Source: a virus
Lineage: Duplodnaviria; Caudoviricetes
IMG/VR virus record: IMGVR_UViG_2974649007_000001
Coordinates: 23,197 to 87,196 of that record
Length of the DNA stretch: 64,000 nucleotides
Strand: one strand, 5' to 3'
Shown: one piece after another, positions 1-8,250 of the stretch
Numbering within the stretch: the first letter of the stretch is position 1
Layout of the letters: every line of letters starts with the position of its first letter
The notes under the pieces: model-generated
Databases searched by the model: none
Seen by the model: the letters and a program-made list of their open reading frames with translations, nothing else
What the model was told of the DNA's origin: nothing
Program-made: the position numbers and the translations under genes

Positions 1-732
1 GGCTCGGACTTCCCGGTGTCCTACGGCTATTGCAGCGTCACCTACTCCACCCCGTACCTGTCCCAAGTCCCGCCCCTGGTCTTCGCGCTGCCCACCAAGT
101 GGATGACGCCGGCCGGCCTCGGGCTGTTCGCCCACACAGGAGGGCCTGGAGCCTGGACAGGCTTCACGGTGCTGGTCACGCGCGACGTGCTGTGCCAGGA
201 GTGGTGGTACATGGAAGCAGGCTGGGACACCGGCTGGGAGTACCGCGTCTGCGGCTTCGCCCAGGCTGGCGATGCGGGCATGGATGAATACGGCATGCGG
301 ATCTGGGGCCCGCCCCCGGAGCTGAAGGTTATCTACGATACAGCCTGGCCGGTGGTGCGATTCAAGGGGCTGCTCGGCGGCTGGGAGCTACATGGCTTCA
401 CCCGATTCTACGAGGTCTACACCTACTGGGGTGACCGAGAGACGGACAACGTCGACATCGACTACACCATCGCCACAGGCTCACACGCCTGGGGGTACGC
501 TGACTGGACGACAGGTTTCCTGCTGTCAGCCATCGGCACCATCGGCACGTCGGTCGACATCGGTGACGACGACGTCGACTTCACAGCCGTTGTGCTGGTA
601 GGGTTCCCCAACCCGGCACTCCGAGACCGGCTGTACGCCTGCGCCGTCATCGGTAAATCCCAGCACCCTAACGGCGATGTGTCAGCACTGAACTACTGGA
701 AGATGCTGCTCGCCGACTTCACTGGTACATAA
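1..732 (+). CDS. Tail/virion structural protein, 5'-truncated by window edge
   Basis: Frame is open from base 1 to TAA at 730-732; aromatic/Gly-rich; first gene of the + strand tail cluster. Confidence 0.55.
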   Translation, partial: GSDFPVSYGYCSVTYSTPYLSQVPPLVFALPTKWMTPAGLGLFAHTGGPGAWTGFTVLVTRDVLCQEWWYMEAGWDTGWEYRVCGFAQAGDAGMDEYGMRIWGPPPELKVIYDTAWPVVRFKGLLGGWELHGFTRFYEVYTYWGDRETDNVDIDYTIATGSHAWGYADWTTGFLLSAIGTIGTSVDIGDDDVDFTAVVLVGFPNPALRDRLYACAVIGKSQHPNGDVSALNYWKMLLADFTGT

Positions 733-745
733 TTAAGGACTGCCC

Positions 746-1564
746 ATGGCTACCCAGATGGAAGAGTTTGAAGCCAGCACACAGCTGCTGGTGCAGAAGG
801 TCGAACAGCTGATCACCAAGATCTCGGCGATGGTCGGCACCGAGGACGAGCAGGCGGCTGCGCACGCTGCTGATGCCCTGGCAGCCAAGAACGCAGCGCA
901 GGCTGCCGCTACCGCCGCCAACGACACCCTGGTAGCCATCCAGGCGCTAGACGCCAACCAGATCGTGATCGACGTCGCCCAGGTCCTCGCCTACAAGAAC
1001 GCGGCTGACGCCTCAGCAGCGGCGGCAGCGCAGGATCTGGCTGCCATCACCCAGCTGAAGGCCGACATCGTCCTGATCCAGACTGAAGTCCTCGAGGCAC
1101 GCACCTTCTGCAACAGCGTCAAGGCTCTGGCCCAGTCGGCGCAGGCTGCGCTGGAAGCCACCACCCTGGCACAGGCAGCCATAAACCAGGGCTTGCAGCA
1201 GATCATCACCGCGCGCGACAACGCGGTCAGCGCTGCCAACTCGGCTGTCGAGAAGGCCACAGCTGCTGCCGCCAGTGCCCAGAAGGCCGAGGACGCCGTG
1301 TTGGAGAACATCCGGGACATGGTCGACCACTCGGTGCTGTCGTTCCCGATCAGCCAGACTGTGATCCGTGTCGACCTGCCACAAAACCGTTACTCCATTG
1401 CAGAGCCTGTGATAATTTGCGTCGTGAATGGCGCGGCTACCAACGTGTCGTTCGTCTGCTCTCACGAGCTGGTGGCGGGCGTTGGCGAGGTCTACACCTA
1501 CGTCACCTTCACCTTCCCGCCAGCACTGGTGGGCAAGAAGTGCAACGCATGGATCTCAGGATAA
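746..1564 (+). CDS. Ala/Gln-rich coiled-coil virion protein (fibre/collar-like)
   Basis: AAGGA RBS; long Ala-rich heptad region followed by a short beta-rich C-terminus; directly upstream of the depolymerase. Confidence 0.55.
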   Translation: MATQMEEFEASTQLLVQKVEQLITKISAMVGTEDEQAAAHAADALAAKNAAQAAATAANDTLVAIQALDANQIVIDVAQVLAYKNAADASAAAAAQDLAAITQLKADIVLIQTEVLEARTFCNSVKALAQSAQAALEATTLAQAAINQGLQQIITARDNAVSAANSAVEKATAAAASAQKAEDAVLENIRDMVDHSVLSFPISQTVIRVDLPQNRYSIAEPVIICVVNGAATNVSFVCSHELVAGVGEVYTYVTFTFPPALVGKKCNAWISG

Positions 1565-1573
1565 GGACTGTCA

Positions 1574-4500
1574 GTGGCCAACCCAAAGAAACTCGCCAAC
1601 ATCGTTCTGTGCCTCCACGGCATCACAACTGTGCGTGCCGAAGTCAGCAACTTCGTGGCCCACGTCGACGATGTAAAGGCCCAGATCGCTTACATCCAAG
1701 CGAAGGGGTACACCTTTGTCAAACCCAGCCAATACGAATCCTGGCAAAACGGAACCGCGGCCGACATCGGCCCCATTTGCTGCGTCATATACGATGACGG
1801 GCTACTGTCCAATGAGCTTATCGTACCCTGGCATATCGCGCAGGGCATCCCGTGTGGCCTCGCCATTATCACCGCGCGACTTCGGCAATTTACACCAGAA
1901 GAAGGATTTTTCAGCTGGGCTACTCTTGGAGGATGGGTCAATAGTGGTCTTGTAGAGGTGATGACGCACACCGACAACATCCACTACACCTGCCTGGGTT
2001 TGGACGAAGACAGCGGCCTGATTGACTCGGTCCCTATCCTCGAGAACCCTTGCTACGTGGACAACGGTGACTACGTCTTCCTGCGCCCTGGCGACACCAG
2101 GTACTACTGGGATCAGACCCTGCTGGAGAACGCGCTGTCCGTGCCGATCGTGGGCTGCGATGCCTATGACGGCAAGCTGCTGACCACGACCATCAAGATC
2201 ACGCCGAAGTACACCGGGCCGGTGGCTATCCTGCGCTTCTTCACCACGCTGTCTGTGCCTATGAGCGAAGGTTACGACGCCTCTGTGGAGATCCGCGCCA
2301 ACGGCGTGCTGGTCTTCAGCGGCATCGTTGCCCAGAAGGACTACGGCACACGCATCCAGTGGGAAGAGCGTGAGTTCAAGACCATCGTGCTGACCACCCC
2401 GTTCAACGTCACAGCTGGCACCGTGGTGAACCTCGAGTTCAAGACGCTGACCACAGGACCGGCGATGATGAACATCGCCGCGATCCCGACCAGCGAGGAC
2501 GCGCTGTTCAGCATCACCACCAACTCGCAAGGGTTCGTGGCAGCGGGTACAGGCGAGGCGCCTGGTCGCTGGTGGAACTACACCGACTATCCAGCAGGCA
2601 CGCCATGGGCTGTGCTGCCAATGATCATCCTGTCCAACGGTACAGGGTCCACGGTCAGCCAGGCTGCCTACGAGGAGTACATCGAGAAGGACATCCGCGC
2701 CTCCCAGTGGAAGCTCAGGGATCTGCTGCACGCTAACTGGCAACTGGTCAATGTTTGGACAGGCAGCTTCACCGCAGAAGGCTCTGGCGGCTTCCAGCAG
2801 GTAGGCTGGATGAACCCCAACAAAGTCAGTGCCATGGTCAAGGCCACCTCGCCAGTAACGGGCGTGGCCAAGTACCTGAACATCGACATCGGCCCAGTCA
2901 TCCCGGTGGATTACCCGCCTGAGCAGTGGGACGCTGTGTGGGAAGACGTGCAGCTGCGCAGCTACAACGCCACGTTCGACATCTACATCGCGTCCAATGG
3001 GTCAGGCCCATGGAAGAAGATCGGCACGGTGTCGCTGTGGCAGATCTACCGCGACATGGACATCGAGATCACGCCGATTGAGTGGAAGGCCAAGGTCACC
3101 AGGTACTTCATGTTTGTGCCGGTGAACGCTGGCCCCGTCGGCGTGCCTGAGCAGAACACGGTCTACACCATCGCAGCCCTCAGCATCGGCATCCATCTGC
3201 CTGGCCCACTGGCACCCAAGCCTACGCAGATTGCCTACCCGTTCGGTGCGTATCAGCCAAACTGGATCGACCCACAGCCGTACATCCGTGAGTCCAAGGA
3301 CATCAGCCTCGCGCTGCGCAACATCTTCGCGCGCAACGGAATCACGTTCGGCTACACGATCCAGGCTTACCGCAATTTCCCTCGCAGCCAGTTCCAAGGC
3401 TACGAGCTGCGCCAGACCGAGTACGTGATGGGTCGCCTGATGCTGCTGGGTGACACATCGCAGGAGGTCAACTACAACCTGATCGACGCCTACACCGGCG
3501 ACATGTTTCCGAACACGCCACACAAGGGGCTGAAGTTCCAGGTGTCGCTCGAGGGTGATCTGGTTGGCCACGGCACCGTGCGCCAGCGTGTAGGTGTGAT
3601 CGACTACTTCGCCTTCGACGCCTGGGCATTCAACGGCCAGGGTGCAGCCGGCACCGCTGACATCGTAAAGGATGTGGCCCCGGTGAACGACGGCAGCACG
3701 TTTGAAGGCGAGGTCTACGACAACGAGCGCCGGTTCCTGCAGGAGCGGGGTGCCTACGCGCTTATCATCATCAACAACAACCTGGGCACCGGCGAGCCAA
3801 ACGATGCGATCGCGGCCGACATCTTCGACCACGCTGATGCGTACATCGAGAAGATGATCTACCACGCCAAGCTGGGCAAGTGGGACGGCATCACCTCCAA
3901 CATCGAGGGTGCCCCGCCGGAGTACCGGGCAAAGGCTGTGGAGTTCTACAAGAAGCTGGGCCGGCGCTGCCACCAGGAAGGTCTGATTCTGCACATCACC
4001 GCGCCGGCCACCACCAACACCGACTACGACCTGCCATCGTGGACAGGCTGGTGTGACCACGCTGCGATCCTGCCTTACGTGGACGGCATGAAGATCATGT
4101 CCTACACCGAGACGGCTGAGTGGTCTGATCCGGGTCCTGCAGCGCCTACCGACTTCTGGAACCTGGTGTACAACTACATGTCGGCGATCTTCAAGCCGAT
4201 GATGAAGCACAAGATCCTGGTCGGTGGCCGCGCGTTCGGCACCATCTGGTACTCGGCCAACCCTGATGACAGTGGGTACACCACCTACAACGAGATGATC
4301 TCGGAAGCAGCCACCCGTGCGCTGCCCATCAAGATGGGCGACACCGAGATGACCTGGAGCACCAGTGACCCGCTGATCGGCCCAAGCGGAAACAACTTCG
4401 CGCCCTTCACGCGCGTGCTGCCAGACGTCAGTGGCTGGTGCGGCACGCCACTGACCTTGCAGCGCAGCCAGGATACGGCTGAGGCTCGAGGCTTCGGCGG

Positions 4501-4630
4501 CGTGGGCATCTGGAAGATCGACGACGGCGACATCGACGAGTTCTACCCGGCGAACCGCATGTTCGGTAAGTCGCATCGGCTGTACAAGCGGACCTACAAC
4601 GAGATCGTGATTCCGCCAGAGCCGCCATAA
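1574..4630 (+). CDS. Polysaccharide deacetylase (CE4, PgaB/IcaB-like) fused to a GH18 glycoside hydrolase; putative virion depolymerase
   Basis: CE4 motifs LCLHG, IYDDG, HTDNIH, AYPFG; GH18-like motifs WDGITSNIE, MKIMSY, KILVGGRAFG, GFGGVGIWKID. Confidence 0.85.
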   Translation: MANPKKLANIVLCLHGITTVRAEVSNFVAHVDDVKAQIAYIQAKGYTFVKPSQYESWQNGTAADIGPICCVIYDDGLLSNELIVPWHIAQGIPCGLAIITARLRQFTPEEGFFSWATLGGWVNSGLVEVMTHTDNIHYTCLGLDEDSGLIDSVPILENPCYVDNGDYVFLRPGDTRYYWDQTLLENALSVPIVGCDAYDGKLLTTTIKITPKYTGPVAILRFFTTLSVPMSEGYDASVEIRANGVLVFSGIVAQKDYGTRIQWEEREFKTIVLTTPFNVTAGTVVNLEFKTLTTGPAMMNIAAIPTSEDALFSITTNSQGFVAAGTGEAPGRWWNYTDYPAGTPWAVLPMIILSNGTGSTVSQAAYEEYIEKDIRASQWKLRDLLHANWQLVNVWTGSFTAEGSGGFQQVGWMNPNKVSAMVKATSPVTGVAKYLNIDIGPVIPVDYPPEQWDAVWEDVQLRSYNATFDIYIASNGSGPWKKIGTVSLWQIYRDMDIEITPIEWKAKVTRYFMFVPVNAGPVGVPEQNTVYTIAALSIGIHLPGPLAPKPTQIAYPFGAYQPNWIDPQPYIRESKDISLALRNIFARNGITFGYTIQAYRNFPRSQFQGYELRQTEYVMGRLMLLGDTSQEVNYNLIDAYTGDMFPNTPHKGLKFQVSLEGDLVGHGTVRQRVGVIDYFAFDAWAFNGQGAAGTADIVKDVAPVNDGSTFEGEVYDNERRFLQERGAYALIIINNNLGTGEPNDAIAADIFDHADAYIEKMIYHAKLGKWDGITSNIEGAPPEYRAKAVEFYKKLGRRCHQEGLILHITAPATTNTDYDLPSWTGWCDHAAILPYVDGMKIMSYTETAEWSDPGPAAPTDFWNLVYNYMSAIFKPMMKHKILVGGRAFGTIWYSANPDDSGYTTYNEMISEAATRALPIKMGDTEMTWSTSDPLIGPSGNNFAPFTRVLPDVSGWCGTPLTLQRSQDTAEARGFGGVGIWKIDDGDIDEFYPANRMFGKSHRLYKRTYNEIVIPPEPP

Positions 4631-5237
4631 CCACCACTGGTTATCCCAGCCATCGGCGGGGCGCTGCAGGGGCGGGTTCTACTACGGCCAGATCAAGATT
4701 GGCACCAAGACCTACGCCCTCATTGTGTCGCCGCGCGCCACCGGCAACATCGACGGCCCTGTCATGCAGGTCGACACGGCGTACACGTTCACCGGCAACA
4801 ACATCGACAACGACGGCAAGCAGATCCAGGCCAACATGATCGCCTACGGCATCACCAAGTTCCCAGCGCAGCAGGCTGTGATGGCGCTGACCATTGGTGG
4901 CTACAGTGACTGGTACATCCCGTCGAAGTACGAGATGGAGATCCTGTACCGGGCGCTGAAGCCGACCACGACGAACAACAACACCGTGGCGGGCGCCAAC
5001 CCATACGCTGTGCCGACGGCGACGGTCAAGTACACCAACCCGGCTCGCACAGCGCTCACCGACTTCCGCCCAGCCGGTACAAACTTTATGACAGCGGACT
5101 TCTATTACACTGCCACGCAAGGACCATCTGGGACGGCTTACTGCCACGCCAAACGGTTCACAAACGGGGCAGATGGGGAGGATCTGATGGAGTACGACTA
5201 CCCAGTCCGAGCCATTCGTCGCGTGGAGATCAAATAA
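4631..5237 (+). pseudogene. DUF1566/Lcl (C-type lectin-like) protein, copy 1; N-terminus lacks a start codon and is frameshifted
   Basis: Paralog of 9735-10388 (DWYIPS, YY-ATQ, VRAIRR). PPLVIPAIGGALQG lies in the depolymerase frame after its TAA; an extra G at ~4670 then shifts to GFYYGQIKIG. Confidence 0.65.
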
Positions 5238-5331
5238 ACTAAGGCCCAGGAAGAAGTTTGCCATCTACTTTCTTGTGGAGAAGGTGGCAAACAGCTATCC
5301 TGCCGACCACGTTATAAGGAAATAGCAGCTG

Positions 5332-5730
5332 ATGATCAACGAACCAGCTTCGAGTTCAGGGTGGCTAACACTCTTCTTCGTGTACGCCTGGTCGGTGTTG
5401 GAGCAACTCCATCCCGGCTCTGCCATGGGTGCCTCCTTTGGCTGCGTATTCTTCATTCTCCTACCTGACCCAGTCGTTACTTCCTGGGTTCAAAAACTTA
5501 TTCGCAAAGTGGGACTCACAGTAGTGTCCTGGGGGTTCGGCTACGCTGTAGGGATTGCATTCTCAAACGGCAGTTCTATGCTGGCAGCGATCATAGGAGC
5601 GGCTGTAGCTTCCGGCGTCCTGGGTGCCATCAACCTGATGGTGAAGAACGACGGCGATCTGCCACAGTGGATGTCCTCACTGATTAACGCAATCCTAAGA
5701 TTGAAGCGAGGCGGCGATGATGGGCAATGA
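5332..5730 (+). CDS. Putative holin/antiholin (multi-TM)
   Basis: 3-4 hydrophobic segments, charged C-terminal tail, first gene of the lysis cassette. Confidence 0.55.
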   Translation: MINEPASSSGWLTLFFVYAWSVLEQLHPGSAMGASFGCVFFILLPDPVVTSWVQKLIRKVGLTVVSWGFGYAVGIAFSNGSSMLAAIIGAAVASGVLGAINLMVKNDGDLPQWMSSLINAILRLKRGGDDGQ

Positions 5731-6037
5731 TCCGATCTACGGTGAAGTGCTTCTAAGCATTCGCATTATGCTCCACGTTATTACTTTTCTGTCCGTGCTC
5801 TCGTACTCGAGCGGGAGCCGGACACGCTGGTTCTCCAGCGTATTGGCCTTCGCGTTGGCGGGGTCATCGCTGGCGCTGGCCATGCAGTCCTACACCCGTT
5901 TTACCGAGATCGCACCCAACTCCGAAGTCTGGCTGGTTATATTCGTAGCGGTCGTAACCATCCTCGTGGTCGCCAACGGCGGCAACGTCGCAAAAGTCCT
6001 TCACAACACCCGAAAGAGACTACCCTATGGACGCTAA
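5717..6037 (+). CDS. Putative 3-TM holin
   Basis: Three TM segments, basic C-terminus, overlaps the endolysin start. Confidence 0.6.
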   Translation: MMGNDPIYGEVLLSIRIMLHVITFLSVLSYSSGSRTRWFSSVLAFALAGSSLALAMQSYTRFTEIAPNSEVWLVIFVAVVTILVVANGGNVAKVLHNTRKRLPYGR

Positions 6038-6569
6038 AACCTTGGCACTGGCTGCAGGGATTCCATTGGCACGCGCGCAGGTGTGGGTTGAGCCGATCAA
6101 TGAAGCAATCAAGTACGCCGACATCACCCTGGCACGCTCGATTGCTTCGTTCATTGCACAGACCGGCCACGAGAGCCTGGGCTTCGGCCTGACCAAGGAA
6201 CTGGGCAGCAACAAGTACCTGGCCAAGTACGACACCGGGCGCCTGGCTGAACGCCTGGGCAACACCCCGGAAGCTGATGGTGATGGACAGCTGTACGCCG
6301 GCCGTGGGCTGATCCAGGTCACCGGCAAGCGCAACTACAAGCTGTGCAGCCTGGCACTGTTCGGCGACGAGCGTCTGCTCGAGCACCCGGAGATCCTCGA
6401 GGAGCCGAAGTACGCAGCGCTGTCCGCAGCCTGGTACTGGAAGCTGAACAACCTGAACCGGCTGTCCAATGACATCATGGCTCAGACCAAGGCAATCAAC
6501 GGGGGCTACAATGGCCTCGAAGATCGCAAGGCACGTATGAGCGTTGCGCTCAAAGCACTTGGTGGCTGA
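6027..6569 (+). CDS. GH19 chitinase-like endolysin
   Basis: FIAQTGHES, YAGRGLIQVTGKRNY, INGGYNGLEDR motifs. Confidence 0.92.
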   Translation: MDAKTLALAAGIPLARAQVWVEPINEAIKYADITLARSIASFIAQTGHESLGFGLTKELGSNKYLAKYDTGRLAERLGNTPEADGDGQLYAGRGLIQVTGKRNYKLCSLALFGDERLLEHPEILEEPKYAALSAAWYWKLNNLNRLSNDIMAQTKAINGGYNGLEDRKARMSVALKALGG

Positions 6570-7102
6570 TGTTTGACCTTAAAGTCCTGATCATTGCCGT
6601 CGCCGCCGCCCTATTGGGCGGCGCTGCCGTTGGTGCCTGGCTTGCCTGGGACATCCGCGACACACGCGCAACAGTACAGCTGCTCGAGCTGAAGGACACC
6701 TTCGAGCAGGCCGTGGCTGCGGCCAAAGAAGACAACCTGGTGGTGGAGCGTGACCTCCAGCTGCAGGTCAATGAGCTGAGCAAGAAGGGTAAAGAAAATG
6801 ACGCGACAATCGACGCTAACGCGGCTGCTGTTACTGACTCTATTGGCGGGTTGCTGCAGGCAGTTGCCGCAGGTCTCGGTCCCGCCACCTGTGATCCCGG
6901 AGTTGCCCGCCGAGGCGCGTCAGCGACCCGCGCAGCCGCTTTGTATTCCGAGCTGCTTGCTGAATCTCAACACATGGCAAAAGGGCTGGCGGAAGAAGCT
7001 GACCGATCCCGAAGTGCCGGTGCCGCTTGTGAAGTAGCGTATGACCTGGTGCGAAAAGGGATTGGTGGTCTTGCGAAAGGACCGGCACTAACCGGCAAGT
7101 GA
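6569..7102 (+). CDS. Rz-like inner-membrane spanin
   Basis: N-terminal TM, coiled coil, C-terminal ACEVAYD; follows the endolysin. Confidence 0.75.
   Translation: MFDLKVLIIAVAAALLGGAAVGAWLAWDIRDTRATVQLLELKDTFEQAVAAAKEDNLVVERDLQLQVNELSKKGKENDATIDANAAAVTDSIGGLLQAVAAGLGPATCDPGVARRGASATRAAALYSELLAESQHMAKGLAEEADRSRSAGAACEVAYDLVRKGIGGLAKGPALTGK
6798..7037 (+). CDS. Rz1-like outer-membrane lipoprotein spanin, nested in Rz in the +1 frame
   Basis: Lipobox LLAG-C followed by a Pro-rich region; fully embedded in 6569-7102. Confidence 0.8.
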   Translation: MTRQSTLTRLLLLTLLAGCCRQLPQVSVPPPVIPELPAEARQRPAQPLCIPSCLLNLNTWQKGWRKKLTDPEVPVPLVK

Positions 7103-7151
7103 AGGGTTGGTGTATATTGCGGGCAGGATAGCTATTTCACAGGGAGCATGT

Positions 7152-7460
7152 ATGCAGATCAACCGCGGCGACTCGTTCATGCTTCCGCTGCAGGTCTTCG
7201 TCGATGGCCAGGCACAGGACTGCACGCTGTGGCGTGTGTTTGCCTCCTATGGCAGCCCGACTGAGCGCCTTGGCGACTTCGATGTAATCTGGCAGAACCG
7301 TGTCGCGGGCGAGTTCTTCCTCGATGCTGACACCAGTGCCTGGCCTCTGGGCACCATGCACTTCGACATCACCTACGTCACTGACGCCGGCCAGGAGATC
7401 ACCACGCAGCGTGTCGAGTTCAAGGTGCTCAAGCGCCTGACTCCGGTGCCGCTGCCATGA
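7152..7460 (+). CDS. Small beta-sandwich virion protein (BppU N-terminal-like)
   Basis: GGAG RBS before ATG 7152; INRGDSF start and D-T--WP-G--HFDI-Y pattern. Confidence 0.5.
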   Translation: MQINRGDSFMLPLQVFVDGQAQDCTLWRVFASYGSPTERLGDFDVIWQNRVAGEFFLDADTSAWPLGTMHFDITYVTDAGQEITTQRVEFKVLKRLTPVPLP

Positions 7461-7753
7461 TCGTCGCAAGCCACACGCCTCAAGGCGTCATCACCACGCA
7501 GATCACCCTGAAGGATTCCTGCACGCTGACTGTGACCACCGAAGGTGTGTCCACGGCCAGCATGCCCGCGTTCAAGGTCGACACCAAAGAGGTGGCCTTG
7601 CGTGGCGCACCTGGTGCGTCGGCTGAGAAGGCGCAGATCAGCGACGATGCAGATAACAGGCTGACGCTGGGATCTGACCAGAAGCTGTACGTTGCAGACA
7701 CATTCATCCCTGATCCACTGGCCTACTACTTGCTCGAGCGAGGAAACATCTAA
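7457..7753 (+). CDS. Fibre-module adaptor, hypothetical
   Basis: Coupled ORF with ISDDADNRLTLGSDQKLYV..DPLAYY pattern, in the fibre cluster. Confidence 0.5.
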   Translation: MIVASHTPQGVITTQITLKDSCTLTVTTEGVSTASMPAFKVDTKEVALRGAPGASAEKAQISDDADNRLTLGSDQKLYVADTFIPDPLAYYLLERGNI

Positions 7754-8247
7754 TGTCCCAAGAACTGAAACTCATTGCGCTCGCGCAAGCCATTGCCGGT
7801 GACGTCAAGACGCTGACCAACCGGATCGGCGACCTGACCTCCCTGCCTACCACGGCCAAGGGCAACATCGTTGCTGCCATCCAGGAAATCTACACCCTGA
7901 TGGGCCAGGCAGGCGCCGTGATCGACGACGCAGCCGGTAACGGCGCCACGTCCGTCACCTGGTCGGCTGACAAGATCTACGACATGATCGAGCTGGCCAA
8001 GGCGGCTGTGAAGACCGATCTGCTCGGCGGTGCCACTGCGGCCTTCGATACCCTGAAGGAACTGCAGGACCTGATCACCAACGACGAGAGCATCGTCTCT
8101 GCCCTGGCCACCAAGGTTGGCGAGAAGGTCAGCTTCGCCGAAGCCCAGACCCTCACCAGCGGCCAACGGCTGCAGGCTTGCCAGAACATCGGCATCGGTG
8201 ATCCTGAATCCGACCTGGTAGCGGCCTACAACGCAGCGAAGGTGTAA
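7753..8247 (+). CDS. Short fibre/shaft protein
   Basis: N-terminus LIALAQAIAGDVK shared with the next gene; FDTLKEL motif. Confidence 0.55.
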   Translation: MSQELKLIALAQAIAGDVKTLTNRIGDLTSLPTTAKGNIVAAIQEIYTLMGQAGAVIDDAAGNGATSVTWSADKIYDMIELAKAAVKTDLLGGATAAFDTLKELQDLITNDESIVSALATKVGEKVSFAEAQTLTSGQRLQACQNIGIGDPESDLVAAYNAAKV

Positions 8248-8250
8248 TCA

